From: an uncultured bacterium
GTDB lineage: Bacteria; Verrucomicrobiota; Verrucomicrobiia; Limisphaerales; UBA8199
Direction: 5' to 3'
Assembly (NCBI GenBank): GCA_963749495.1
Contig: CAVVMW010000023.1
Span: 416,001 to 480,000 of the forward strand
DNA: 64,000 nucleotides
Below the pieces are notes generated by a model. It had not been told where the DNA came from and made no database searches. It saw only the letters and a program-made list of their open reading frames with translations. Positions 54,204 to 64,000 of this stretch are shown here, in pieces. The position numbers and the translations under genes were made by a program. The stretch's first letter is position 1, and each line of letters opens with the position of its first letter.

Positions 54204-55882
54204 GACTGGTCAGCAGAATGTATGGGTAAGTCGAGGCTCAGGTAAGCGGCCAAGGCAATGATACAGGGCCAATTCCATGGCTGGATAGGTGCGGAAGCCG
54301 TAAGATCGTCTGGTTACCACTCGAATCTTGTTGTTCAGGCCCTCGACGGCGGCGCTGGAGAGCTCACCTTTGGCCTCGAACCAATTCAAGATCAACGGCT
54401 CATGGGCGCGCAGCATCCGGGCCACCTTCTTCATTGGTTCGAGCCGGCTGCGCATGGCTCGAGCGCACCAATAACCCAGATAGGCCACCACATAGATCGG
54501 AGAACGGTAGTGCCAAAGGTAGTCGAAGCTCTCCTTGAGGTTCCAGGCCCGTGCCGTCGCCAGCTTGCTGGCCAACAGGGCGTTGAGCTTGGAGCGGGCA
54601 CGGCCCCGCACCCGGCTGCCCCGGCGCAACAACTGCCAGCGCATGCCCTTGAGCCGCTGAGCCAGGGGCCGGCCGTGCAAGCGCGACTGCTCGCCCCGGC
54701 GCACCTCGTCCACCGCCTCGTTGAGGTGCCCCACGATATGAAAGCGGTCCAGCACGTTGAGCGCCTGCGGTATCTTGGCCGCGATCACCTTCAGGTAGGG
54801 CTTCCACATGTCGCTGCACACATACTTCAGAGCGCTGACCACCGGGGCTCCCAATTCTGCCAAGCCCCGCCGCAACGTGGCTTGAGTGCGCCGCCGACCC
54901 AGCCACAGCAAGCGCCGACAGTGGGGGTCAATCTGGTAAATCACCGTCAGGAAGTTGTCGGCCTTCTGGCCCTTGCCCCAATGGATCTCGTCCACTCCGA
55001 TGGCCTCCACACCCTCCAGGCGCCGGTGCTCCAAACCCCATTGGACGAACCACTGCACCGAACGGTAGACGGCCTCCCAACTGGTGTGGAAGGCCTGGGC
55101 GGTTTCCTTCCAGGACAGCCGCCGGGCCCACCGGGCCAAGAGGCCCATCATCGCCGTCGTCACCGGCCGCTTGCCCTGGCTCCAGGGGATATGCTCGACG
55201 ACCACCCCGTCCTGCGGACAATTGACCCGCCGCGGGGGGTAGAGGAAATAGGTCTTGACGCCCCACATCGGCGGAAACAGCCAGGACCGCTGGGGCAACT
55301 GATCATAGCCGGGGACTGGCTGCAGGCACCGGGAGCACTTGGCGGGAATGCCGCCATGGGGTTGGAGGGTGATCTCGAGCCGCTGGCCACGGCCTCGGCG
55401 GTCCCGGCACAAGCGGATGTCCTGGTAAACGAAGCCCACAAAGTGTTGAATGTCGTTGAGAACCGTCTTAACCTTCAATTGCATAGCTGGTCTGCCGCTC
55501 GGTGGCGGGCGTGCTTTTCACATCTCGCAGGCTACCGCAAGCCAGGCAGATCAGCTATCGCTTTGTGGCGCTGGGCAGCCCTCCGAGCCAAGCACACCTT
55601 CACCAGCAATTCCTTAGCGGCGCATCATGGCGGAGGGCGGGGCTGTCAAGGTGGAGCGCAGCAGGGCACGAGGGCACGTGGCGAGCAATACCTTGACAGC
55701 CCCGCCCGGAGCCATACCCTGGCCGCGCCGGAATTGCTTGAAGTCCTTCTCCGGCCGTTAGGCCGCTCGATTCGTCGCGGAGCGTGCCGCGGGATGTTCC
55801 ACGACCGCCCAACTCACCAACGTCAACCCTCCGAACTGAACACGTGTCCAGATGTTTCACCCACAAATTGTGCGGGGGACCC
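54204..55882 (-). mobile_element. ISL3 family insertion sequence, copy 2 (1679 bp)
   Basis: 8 bp TSD CAAATGGT (54196..54203, 55883..55890). Confidence 0.95.
54210..55484 (-). CDS. ISL3 family transposase
   Basis: Same as 39392..40666 apart from one R/Q change. Confidence 0.95.
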   Translation of the reverse strand: MQLKVKTVLNDIQHFVGFVYQDIRLCRDRRGRGQRLEITLQPHGGIPAKCSRCLQPVPGYDQLPQRSWLFPPMWGVKTYFLYPPRRVNCPQDGVVVEHIPWSQGKRPVTTAMMGLLARWARRLSWKETAQAFHTSWEAVYRSVQWFVQWGLEHRRLEGVEAIGVDEIHWGKGQKADNFLTVIYQIDPHCRRLLWLGRRRTQATLRRGLAELGAPVVSALKYVCSDMWKPYLKVIAAKIPQALNVLDRFHIVGHLNEAVDEVRRGEQSRLHGRPLAQRLKGMRWQLLRRGSRVRGRARSKLNALLASKLATARAWNLKESFDYLWHYRSPIYVVAYLGYWCARAMRSRLEPMKKVARMLRAHEPLILNWFEAKGELSSAAVEGLNNKIRVVTRRSYGFRTYPAMELALYHCLGRLPEPRLTHTFC

Positions 55883-58800
55883 CAAATGGTATTATAGTAG
55901 GCCCGATCGTGGTGGGCAGCGCAGGCGATGCCTTCGTTAGCGACGGATTCAGCCAAACAGTGAAATTGCGTGGCGGCGATGGCACTACCTTGTGGTCAGC
56001 GCCGTATGGCGGCGGATACCTAGCGCTGGACATCGAAAGCAATGCCTTCGTTAGCGACGGATTCAGCCAAACCGTGAGATTGCGTGCCGGCGATGGCACT
56101 ACCGCGTGGACAGCGCAGTACGGCGGAGGCCTAGCGGTGGACAGCGTGGGCAATGTCTTCGTTAACGGGTGGACGTCGAGTTACGTGCCGATAGTGGCCA
56201 AATTGGACGCCGATTATGGCACGAACCTGTGGCTGCCGCTAGCGTCTTATGGCGGAGCCCTGGTGCTGGACAGCGCGGGCAATGCCGTCGTTACCGACGG
56301 AGGCAGCAGAATCGGCCAAACCGTGAAATTGCGTGGCGGCGATGGCAGCATTAAGTGGACAGCGCCGTACGGCGGAAACCTAGCGGTGGACAGCGTGGGC
56401 AATGCGTTCGTTAGCGAGTGGAGGTGGGTTAACGGGTCGCCGCAGCCGAGAGTGGTGAAATTGGATACCGAATATGGCACGAGCCTGTGGACAAATCTAG
56501 CGCCGTACGGATACCTAGCGGTGGACAGCGTGGGCAATGCCTTCGCTAGCGACGGATTCAGCCAAACCGTGAAATTGCGTGCCGAGGATGGCACCACCAT
56601 GTGGACAGCGCAGTACGGCGGAATCCTAGCGGTGGACAGCGCAGGCAATGCCTATGTTAGCGGGTGGAGTACCGGATTGGGGCAGCAGACAGTGGTGGAA
56701 TTGGATCCCGCTACTGGCACTGGCCTGTGGTCGCTCGCATTGGGGAGCGGGGAACAGGTCCCGCCCCAATCCATGCTGGCGGTTGTGGTCGATAGCGCAG
56801 GGGATGTTTATTGCTATGGTCCGCTTGGTGATCAGTCGCCCAACACGGCCACGGTGGCAAAGTATGTCCAGACATTGGTGGTGGACAGCCTTAACCCCGA
56901 CAGCACCCAGGCGACTGACTCAGGACCAGATCTTACTCTGACAATCAACGGCTCTGGTTTTATAGACGGCGCAACGGCTATGTGGAACGGAACCAACCTC
57001 CAGACAACATTCTCAACTTCAGCTCGATTGACTGCCACGATCCCGGGGGAGTACCTGAACACAACTGTGGCTATCACCACAGCCACAGTCACGGTCTCCA
57101 ATGTCAACAGCCTCCTGTCAAACCCGCAAGTCTTCACAATCAGCAATAATACTATTGTCGGGGGATTTCAAAGTGCGGTTTCCCTTCCGGGCCAGAGTGT
57201 GAGCGTGGCCACCCCGAACCTCACAAATGCTCTGGCTTCAGGCCAAGCCGCAATCGCCGCTACGGTGAACAATTCGGGCACTTCGGATTACATCGAGGTC
57301 ACCGCCGCGTCCTTGACTTCAGCGCCGGCGAGCGGGACCATCATCGATGTTGGCGGCGGTTACGTTAACCTCAAGGTCACGGGCGCCAGCACAAGCGACT
57401 CAGCCACAGTGAGTTTTTATTATTCTTCCACTGTGATGGGCGACGATGAGTTTAACCTTGTTCTGTGTTATTACGCTGGCGACGATAATTGGCCGGAAGT
57501 CAAGAGCAGCGGGGATGTTCCTCCGGTCAAGGACATGACTGATAACTTGGACAACACGAAATCCGGAGGCCGCTTTACGGTAACGTTCGATAACACAAGC
57601 ACGCCGACGCTTACGCAACTGACCGGTTCGGCTTTTACCATGGCCCTGCCTCCCACGACACCGCCCGTCATCGTTTGCCCGGCTAACATCGTGGCGAGCA
57701 CGGACCCCGGCTTGTGCTCGGCGGTGGTGACCTATGAAGTAACAGCGACGGCCAATGTCGGCGCAGCGACGGTTGTAAGCACTCCGCCGTCGGGTTCCGA
57801 ATTCCCTAAGGGCACAACGGTGGTGAACTGCATCGCCACCGATGGTTACGGCAACCACTCCTCTTGCAGCTTTACTGTTACGGTCAATGACACCGAGAAA
57901 CCACAACTCACAGTTCCCGGGCCATTGACGGTTCGCGCTACCAGCATTAATGGAGCCGTGGTGGCTTTCACCCCCACTGCCACCGACAATTGCCCGGGCG
58001 TCGAAGTCACCTCGAGTCCAACCTCCGGCGCGTTATTCCCACTTGGTGGGACCACAGTTACCGTGAACGCTACCGACACAAGCGGCAATACCGCATCGAA
58101 GACTTTCACAATCACAGTCCTCGCCGACGTGGTGCTCGAAGGACCGTTGAGCGTTAATGCCGGCACGATCAAAGGATCGGTCGAACTGTTGGCTGGCAAT
58201 TCAGTTACGCTCAACAGTGATGCATCCATTACCGGTGATTTGGTGGCGCCAGGAACACCAAAGCTCGTCAAGAATGGCCAATCGACCGTTCAGGGCACGA
58301 TCGTCGGATCGGGAAGCCCTCAACCTTCAGGATACTCGGTCACGCTTAATGGTGATTCGAGCTTGCGATATCTGCGCACGAGGATCAATCCCATATCGAT
58401 GCCCGCTGTGGCGGCCCCACCGGCCCCAACCGGGACCCGCAACGTGACGCTGACCAATTTCGGCCAAAGCCCTGGGGACTTCAGCACCGTGAGAAACCTA
58501 ACCCTCAGCGGAAACGTCGGACTCGTCACGATACCGCCGGGGACTTATGGTAATTTCACGGTCAATGGGAGCGCTGGCTTTGTCCTGGGCACTGCTGGTT
58601 CAAGCCAGCCTGCCGTGTACAATCTGCAAAACCTCACCCTTAACAGCACCGCACAAGTCGTCGTGGTTGGCCCTGTCATTTTGGTGTTGGCTAATAGTTT
58701 GAGCGCCAATGGGCCCGTTGGCATCTCGACGCACCCTGCTTGGTTGCAATTAATGATCGCCAGCGGCGGGGTCACCCTCAACGGCGGCTGCAAATTGGCA

Positions 58801-59149
58801 GCATTGGTCACCGCCCCACACGGTAGTGTAATTATCAATGGAAACACTGAGTTGATCGGCGCTCTTCAGTGCAATCAACTCACCATCAATAGCGGCGGGC
58901 TTCTACAAGGTGCAGCAAATTAGGCTGACGTGGAACGTAGCCCACAATTCAGCGACAAACAAATGAAGCTGCCGCCCAGCGCCGAAGAACAAAGGAAGGA
59001 AGGGCCATAAAAGGCGAAAGATCCCAACCAAACCGAATGGGGCTGTTGAGGGTCTGCGGCATTGGGGAATGGGGATTCTGGTCCGTGGTGAATGGGCTGA
59101 CGAACATGGACCTGGGGAGCGGGTGCGATGAGGAATGGCGGAAGAGGCG

Positions 59150-59375
59150 GGCGAAGGTGAAGAGGGTTCCCAGTCCCCACCCAACCGATTCGGCGGTGGG
59201 ATAGATCTTGAGCCCGGTGACGTTGTGCCAGATGAATTCACTGGGGCCGCCAACCTGGGAGGCGACGACGGGTTTGCCCGCGGCCCAGCCTTCGAGGGCG
59301 GAGATGCCGAAGGGTTCGTTGCGGCTGGGCAGGCACACGACATCGCAGGCCTTGTAGAGGTCGATCAGCGCGGCG
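59150..59375 (-). pseudogene. Glycosyltransferase family 4 fragment
   Basis: CDVVCLPSRNEPFGISALEGWAAGKPVV with no N-terminus. Confidence 0.7.
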
Positions 59376-59396
59376 GAATTGATTTTTGCACGGGCG

Positions 59397-60749
59397 CTAA
59401 AACCCGCCCTTGAAGAACCAGCGCTGGCTGCTCGGGTCCTGTGCCACGTGCAGCCGAAATTCCTTCTCGCTGCCATCCTTGAACCGGAGTTTATAGGGCA
59501 CAAACCACATGTTCGAGCCGAAGCTGTTGGTGGGCTGGCCGACGCTCACGATTTCCAGGCCGGCCAGGTAATTGCTCTTCATCTCGTCAGTGAACATCCG
59601 GTCATACAACTCGCGCGGCACCCCCGGCTCTGCATAGTTGGTGAAAAAGCCATCCCAATCACCCCGCGCCCAGGCCTCGAAGATGCCCCGGGTAGCGCCG
59701 TCGGGGGTCTTTGGATAATCCTCAGTCAATGTCCAGGGCTGGCGCTCGGCCGGGGCATTCGGGCCGCGTGACTGACCCTTCCGCGCATTGGCCAGCAGGC
59801 TTGCGAGTTCATTGGTTTGGCGGCGCAATACTCCCACTTCGCCGCGAAGCCGCAGCAATTCGGTCGACTGCCCGTCCGGCGGGGGCTGGGATTGGGCGGC
59901 CGGCGCGGGGCGGTTGGCCAGCCCCTCGTTGTCCGTTTTCAGTTGAGTCACTTCCTGCCGCAATGCTTCGTTTTCCGCCTGCGTTCGCTTCTGAACTTGA
60001 TGCTGCACGACTAGCGCCGTGGTCGCGCCGAGCGCGACGAGCGCCGTGAGGCCGAGTGTGAGTTTTGTTGCTGTCATAAGCTTTAAAATGGCGAGAGTTG
60101 CGCCGGTTTGAGACGCGGTGATCGAAGCCGTTGCCAGCGTCGCGGCCAGGCTGGCGGGGGCGAGTTGGACGGCATTGGCGGAAACGACGGAGGCCAAGGC
60201 GCCGGTTGTGGCGATGCCGCGCCGGGCCAGCACGCTGCGCAGTTTCTCCAGCGCGCGGTCGACGCGCATTCGCGCGGCGTTTTCGTTCAAGCCGAGTTTG
60301 GCGCCGACCTCGGCGAAGGGCCGGTTCTCGAAGAAACGGAGCAAGATGGCCTCGCGGTCGGCGGCCTTGAGCTCGTGCATGACGTCGTCCAGCACGGGGC
60401 GGATCTTCTCCCAATCCATTTCCGGCGCGGGTTGGCTGGCGGGTTGGCGCATAAATTGTTCCTCACGTTCGCGCCGGCGGCTCTCGGCGCGCACGATCTT
60501 CGCCGAGGCGAAGTGCGCGCTGGTGTAAAGCCACCCGGTCAGGCTCTCGCGGCCTGCCAGTGAACCGGCCTTGCGGGCGAGGTCGGTGAAGACGCTCTGC
60601 GCCACATCCTGGGCGAGGTGAGCGTCGCCGGCGCACCGCCGCAACGCGGCGGAATAGACCAGGTTGACATGCCGCCGGACCACCTCGGCGAACGCGTCCT
60701 CAGAACCGGTTCGGGCAAATTGCCGGAGCAAATCTGGATCAGATGTCAT
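59397..60749 (-). CDS. ECF sigma-70 factor with long C-terminal extension
   Basis: AFAEVVRRH..LVYSAA, AQDVAQ.VF, region 4 REAILLRFF; start MTSDPDLL. Confidence 0.9.
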   Translation of the reverse strand: MTSDPDLLRQFARTGSEDAFAEVVRRHVNLVYSAALRRCAGDAHLAQDVAQSVFTDLARKAGSLAGRESLTGWLYTSAHFASAKIVRAESRRREREEQFMRQPASQPAPEMDWEKIRPVLDDVMHELKAADREAILLRFFENRPFAEVGAKLGLNENAARMRVDRALEKLRSVLARRGIATTGALASVVSANAVQLAPASLAATLATASITASQTGATLAILKLMTATKLTLGLTALVALGATTALVVQHQVQKRTQAENEALRQEVTQLKTDNEGLANRPAPAAQSQPPPDGQSTELLRLRGEVGVLRRQTNELASLLANARKGQSRGPNAPAERQPWTLTEDYPKTPDGATRGIFEAWARGDWDGFFTNYAEPGVPRELYDRMFTDEMKSNYLAGLEIVSVGQPTNSFGSNMWFVPYKLRFKDGSEKEFRLHVAQDPSSQRWFFKGGF

Positions 60750-60833
60750 TTTCAACTTCAATTCATAGCACCCGCGCGAACGCAAATCGCACAAAAAAAA
60801 TCGCCCGGCGCGCTTGCGGGGACGGGCGGAGTG

Positions 60834-61013
60834 GTGGATTGATGGATTGATGGATTGGTGGATTGGTGGATTGGTGGATTGATGGATTGGCGGATTGGCG
60901 GATTGGTGGATTGGCGGATTGGTGGATTGATGGATTGGTGGATTAGTGCATTGGTGGATTACACCAAGCGCGTGATCCCATTCATCCATTCATCCACAAA
61001 TCCATTCATCCAT
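60834..61013. repeat. Degenerate octamer/tetramer tandem repeat (GGATTGRT) with inverted ATCCATTC copies
   Basis: Read directly between the sppA stop and the sigma factor start. Confidence 0.85.
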
Positions 61014-62915
61014 TTATTGCTGCGGGAGGATCTCCGGCATCGTCAGCACCACGCCTTCTTTTTGGACGATCTCCAGGCGCAGCAGGACTGACATCACGGC
61101 GGCGGCGCGCCGGGGGTCGAGGTTCTGCAAATAGGGCGCCGCCAGCTTGAACAAGGAATCCCCCGAGGCCCCCACGCGAACGTGGCCCGTGTCGTCTTTC
61201 TCGCCCGAGAACCGTTCCATCAACTGTTCCAGGAACCCCTTGGGCTCGGGCAGGACGCGCACGTCATAGTCCTTGACTTTGGCCTGCTCGGCGGCATAGC
61301 CGAGGGCGTCCCGCAGGGTCCCCAACCGGTCCACCAACCCAAGTTCCTGCGCCTGCCGCCCCGTATAGACCCGCCCGCCCGCCACCTCGTCGATGGGTTT
61401 CTTGAGGCGATTGCCCCGGATTTCGGTCACGTGGCTCTTGAAGCCGGCATAAATGTCGTCCATGAAATCCCGCACCCGGGCGCGCTCGCTCTCGGTGAAT
61501 ACGTCATCAGAGGAGAAGATGCCGGCGTTCTGCCCGCGCTTGTATTCCTTGAAAGTGATGCCAATCTTCTTCCACATCTCGGTTGTGGCGAGTTTGCCCG
61601 CCAGGACGCCGATGGAGCCGGTCAGGGTCGTTGCATCGGCGAAAATGGTATCGGCGGCGCAGGCGACGTAATAGCCGCCGCTGCCCGCCACGTCCCCCAT
61701 CGAGACCACGAAGGGCTTTTTGGCCTTCACGCGCCGGGTGGCATCAAGGATGATCTCGCTGGCTGTGGCCGAGCCGCCGGGCGAATCAATGCGCAGCACG
61801 ACCGCCTTTATAGCATCATCGGCCCCCGCTTTGTCGAGGGCCTCCCGCACATCGGTGCTGAACGCGCCCAGGCTGCCCCCGAACGGGTTGGCCGTGCCTT
61901 TGCCAGTCAGGATCGGGCCGTCAACATAGACGATGGCGATGACGGGCTTGGCCGTGGCCTTCTTCTGGGCGCCGCGCAAGAGATCGCCCCAAAGCTTGAA
62001 GATGGCGAACGGGGAGGAGAAATCCAGGGCGGCCTGGCTCTTGCGGCCGTACTTCTTGTTGAAGACAACCTCCTGCCCATAGCGCTCGCGGAGCATCGCC
62101 TCGAAGTCCTGGCGTTGCTCGACTGCATCGATCAGGCCGGCGGCCTTGGCCTGCTGGGCGGTGAACAGTCCGCTGTCCAGCCAGCCCTGCACCTTGCCGG
62201 ACTCCGCCTTGCGGCCCTGGGCTATCAGGTCCTTGAAGCTGGCGTACCAACTGTCCATCAGCCAATTCATCATCTCGTCGGCCTCGGGGCTGGGCTGCTC
62301 CCGCGTGAACAATTCGACGGCGCTCTTGTAGGCCCCTTCGGTGAGGAAGTCGGGTTTGACGCCGATCTTGTCCAGCAGGCCCCGGACGTGCAACGAACTG
62401 CCCTGCAAGCCGGGCACCAGCACCGTGCCCGCAGGCACCACGCTCAGGCGCGAGGCCCCGCACGCCAGCGCATACTGCGCCATCCACAGCGAATCGGCGT
62501 GGACAAACACCTCCTTGCCGCGGCTGCGGACCTGCGACATCGCCGCGCGCAATTCCTCCACTTGGCCCAAACCGGGCAAGGCGGACTCGGGCAGGATGAC
62601 CACCGCCTTGACGGCCGAGTCATTCGCCGCCTTGCCCAGGGCAGCCACCAACTCCTGCAAGGTCGTCCCGGGCTGGCCAAACAGCGGGAACTCCTCCGCC
62701 GCCGGCGCCTCAGTCAGCGGGCCCTCCAGCCGGAACACCGCCACCACGCTTTGTTCCGCATCATTGGCCTGCGCTTCGCCGGCCGTTGCCTGCGCCGGGG
62801 GTCCCGCCAGCGCCAAAGCCAGGACGGCGCCCCACAGAACCGCTAATGCAACCGGGAAATCTCGCTTTTCGACGCCCGGACAGGAAGAGGAGAATAGATT
62901 ATAGGTCGTGCTCAT
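61014..62915 (-). CDS. sppA: Signal peptide peptidase SppA (protease IV, 67K type)
   Basis: Tandem S49 domains, YKSA, IDSPGGS, AGSGGY, TGSIGV. Confidence 0.93.
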   Translation of the reverse strand: MSTTYNLFSSSCPGVEKRDFPVALAVLWGAVLALALAGPPAQATAGEAQANDAEQSVVAVFRLEGPLTEAPAAEEFPLFGQPGTTLQELVAALGKAANDSAVKAVVILPESALPGLGQVEELRAAMSQVRSRGKEVFVHADSLWMAQYALACGASRLSVVPAGTVLVPGLQGSSLHVRGLLDKIGVKPDFLTEGAYKSAVELFTREQPSPEADEMMNWLMDSWYASFKDLIAQGRKAESGKVQGWLDSGLFTAQQAKAAGLIDAVEQRQDFEAMLRERYGQEVVFNKKYGRKSQAALDFSSPFAIFKLWGDLLRGAQKKATAKPVIAIVYVDGPILTGKGTANPFGGSLGAFSTDVREALDKAGADDAIKAVVLRIDSPGGSATASEIILDATRRVKAKKPFVVSMGDVAGSGGYYVACAADTIFADATTLTGSIGVLAGKLATTEMWKKIGITFKEYKRGQNAGIFSSDDVFTESERARVRDFMDDIYAGFKSHVTEIRGNRLKKPIDEVAGGRVYTGRQAQELGLVDRLGTLRDALGYAAEQAKVKDYDVRVLPEPKGFLEQLMERFSGEKDDTGHVRVGASGDSLFKLAAPYLQNLDPRRAAAVMSVLLRLEIVQKEGVVLTMPEILPQQ

Positions 62916-63126
62916 GTTTCACCATCGTTGCCTGGATAATGCACTGCCGCCGCTCAGAGTCAACCCTCGGCACGCGGAAAAGAGGGAGGGTGAAGAATTC
63001 TGTCCTGGGGCGTAGGACAAGAATCTTCACAAAATGGGTTTTGCTAGGCTTTCGTCACAAAGAGTATCTAGGAATCCAGATACGAACTGGCACGGACCCG
63101 GTCGATGCCGCCGCATCAGGCCACCT

Positions 63127-63214
63127 CTTCGTTTCCTTCGTTTCCTTCTGTTCTGTTCCTGTGCCCAGCCGGCGGGATGCAGCAAAAGAACAGAAGGAAA
63201 CCAAGGAAACGAAG
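63127..63214. repeat. REP-like inverted repeat
   Basis: CTTCGTTTCCTTCGTTTCCTTCTGTTC ... GAACAGAAGGAAACCAAGGAAACGAAG. Confidence 0.75.
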
Positions 63215-63357
63215 GACCGAAGACCCAGATCGGCTCTGAGAGTTGCGATCTGGAGGTCCGAGAAGAATTCTGTCTGCCACTCTCTGTCCTGCGCCCGGCC
63301 GCTAACGGCTTGACATGGCCGGCACTCTGGGTCCCCTTATCCGGCGGAATGGGCTCG

Positions 63358-64000
63358 ATGAACACAAATCCTGGGAGGCTGTCGGAACGAATGGCCCGGG
63401 TGAGGCTCATGCTCGATTTTGCCCTGCGGCGCGGCAGCACGATGAGGGAGCGGGCGCGCTTGTTTTACCACGCGGGGCTCAAGCCGGCGCTGGCCGCGCG
63501 CGGATGGAGCCGCTACCGGCCCGAGAGGCTCCTGTGCTTCCCGATGAAAGTCGCGCACCACGGCGCCTTCCGCGTCCACGCGCGCGACAACATGCTGGAT
63601 CTGTACACGGTGGTTGAGTTCTTCTCCTCCCGCTGGGTGCTCATCCCGCCGGAACTCCCGGCCTTCGAGCCGGAGGTCATCTATGACGTGGGCGCCAACA
63701 TCGGGATGGCGTCCTTGTTCTATGCCACCCACTACCCAAAGGCCAGGTTCTTTGCCTTCGAGCCGGTCCCGGCCAACTTCGAGGTCTGCCGGCTCAACTT
63801 CAGTAATTTGCCGCGCAGCGAGGTCTTTCCCTGGGCGATCGGCTCGCACAGCGGGACCGCTGCCTTCGAGTTCTCGGAGGAGGACCTGCGGGGAGGGCGG
63901 CTCCAAGCCAGGCCGCAGCCGGGGGACAATAGTGCGAAGAAACGAATCGAGGTGGCGCTGGTTTCGATTGCCGACCTGGCAGCCCAAAAGAAGCTGCCCC
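63358..64000 (+). CDS. FkbM family methyltransferase (3' partial, not in the ORF track)
   Basis: Open frame to window end with VIYDVGANIG and FAFEPVPANF. Confidence 0.85.
   Translation, partial: MNTNPGRLSERMARVRLMLDFALRRGSTMRERARLFYHAGLKPALAARGWSRYRPERLLCFPMKVAHHGAFRVHARDNMLDLYTVVEFFSSRWVLIPPELPAFEPEVIYDVGANIGMASLFYATHYPKARFFAFEPVPANFEVCRLNFSNLPRSEVFPWAIGSHSGTAAFEFSEEDLRGGRLQARPQPGDNSAKKRIEVALVSIADLAAQKKLP

Larger units (their letters stand above)
54054..58923 (+). pseudogene. Secreted beta-propeller/IPT/HYR-domain protein interrupted by ISL3
   Basis: Signal peptide ORF (..LNTNG) rejoins IIVGPIVV.. in frame once the IS and one TSD are removed; LAVDS.GN repeats, HYR domains. Confidence 0.85.

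Noticed and set aside
39386..55882. Composite transposon bounded by the two ISL3 copies
   Set aside because: Each copy has its own matched TSD pair, so the insertions were independent
60750..60989. PPIHQSTN-repeat N-terminal extension of the sigma factor
   Set aside because: Translation of the intergenic octamer repeat; the real start is most likely 60749

Overview
GC-rich bacterial chromosome segment. Gene content (pyrR-pyrB with a small upstream conserved gene, Verrucomicrobia-type ECF sigma factor, secreted proteins ending in an F-[WFY]-R motif, several REP-like families) points to Verrucomicrobiota; this is an inference. 1-18.7 kb is mostly core genome (sugar isomerase, YjbQ, ParE-type TA, mannose-6-P isomerase, pyrB/pyrR, Mrp, FkbM, HhH-GPD, sugar porter, ffh). 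It also holds a ~2 kb three-gene cassette (chaperone-like / GWDG protein / ADP-ribosyltransferase-like) between two copies of the last ~200 bp of pyrB; this candidate toxin-antitoxin-chaperone defence module is the best novel-system lead. A tRNA-Tyr(GTA) at 18770-18855 hosts a 10.5 kb integrative element with a 60 bp att repeat. The element encodes an integrase, XRE/ImmA, an FseA-like activator, a tiny RdfS/AlpA-like ORF, a primase-helicase and an NHL cargo protein. It is followed by ~30 kb of decayed accessory DNA (gene fragments, two ISL3 copies with 8 bp TSDs, a nucleoid-protein cluster, miaE with an in-frame repeat insertion). Core-like genes resume at ~59.4 kb (ECF sigma, sppA, FkbM). Single-base frameshifts occur in many genes, including essential ffh, and are probably sequencing errors.
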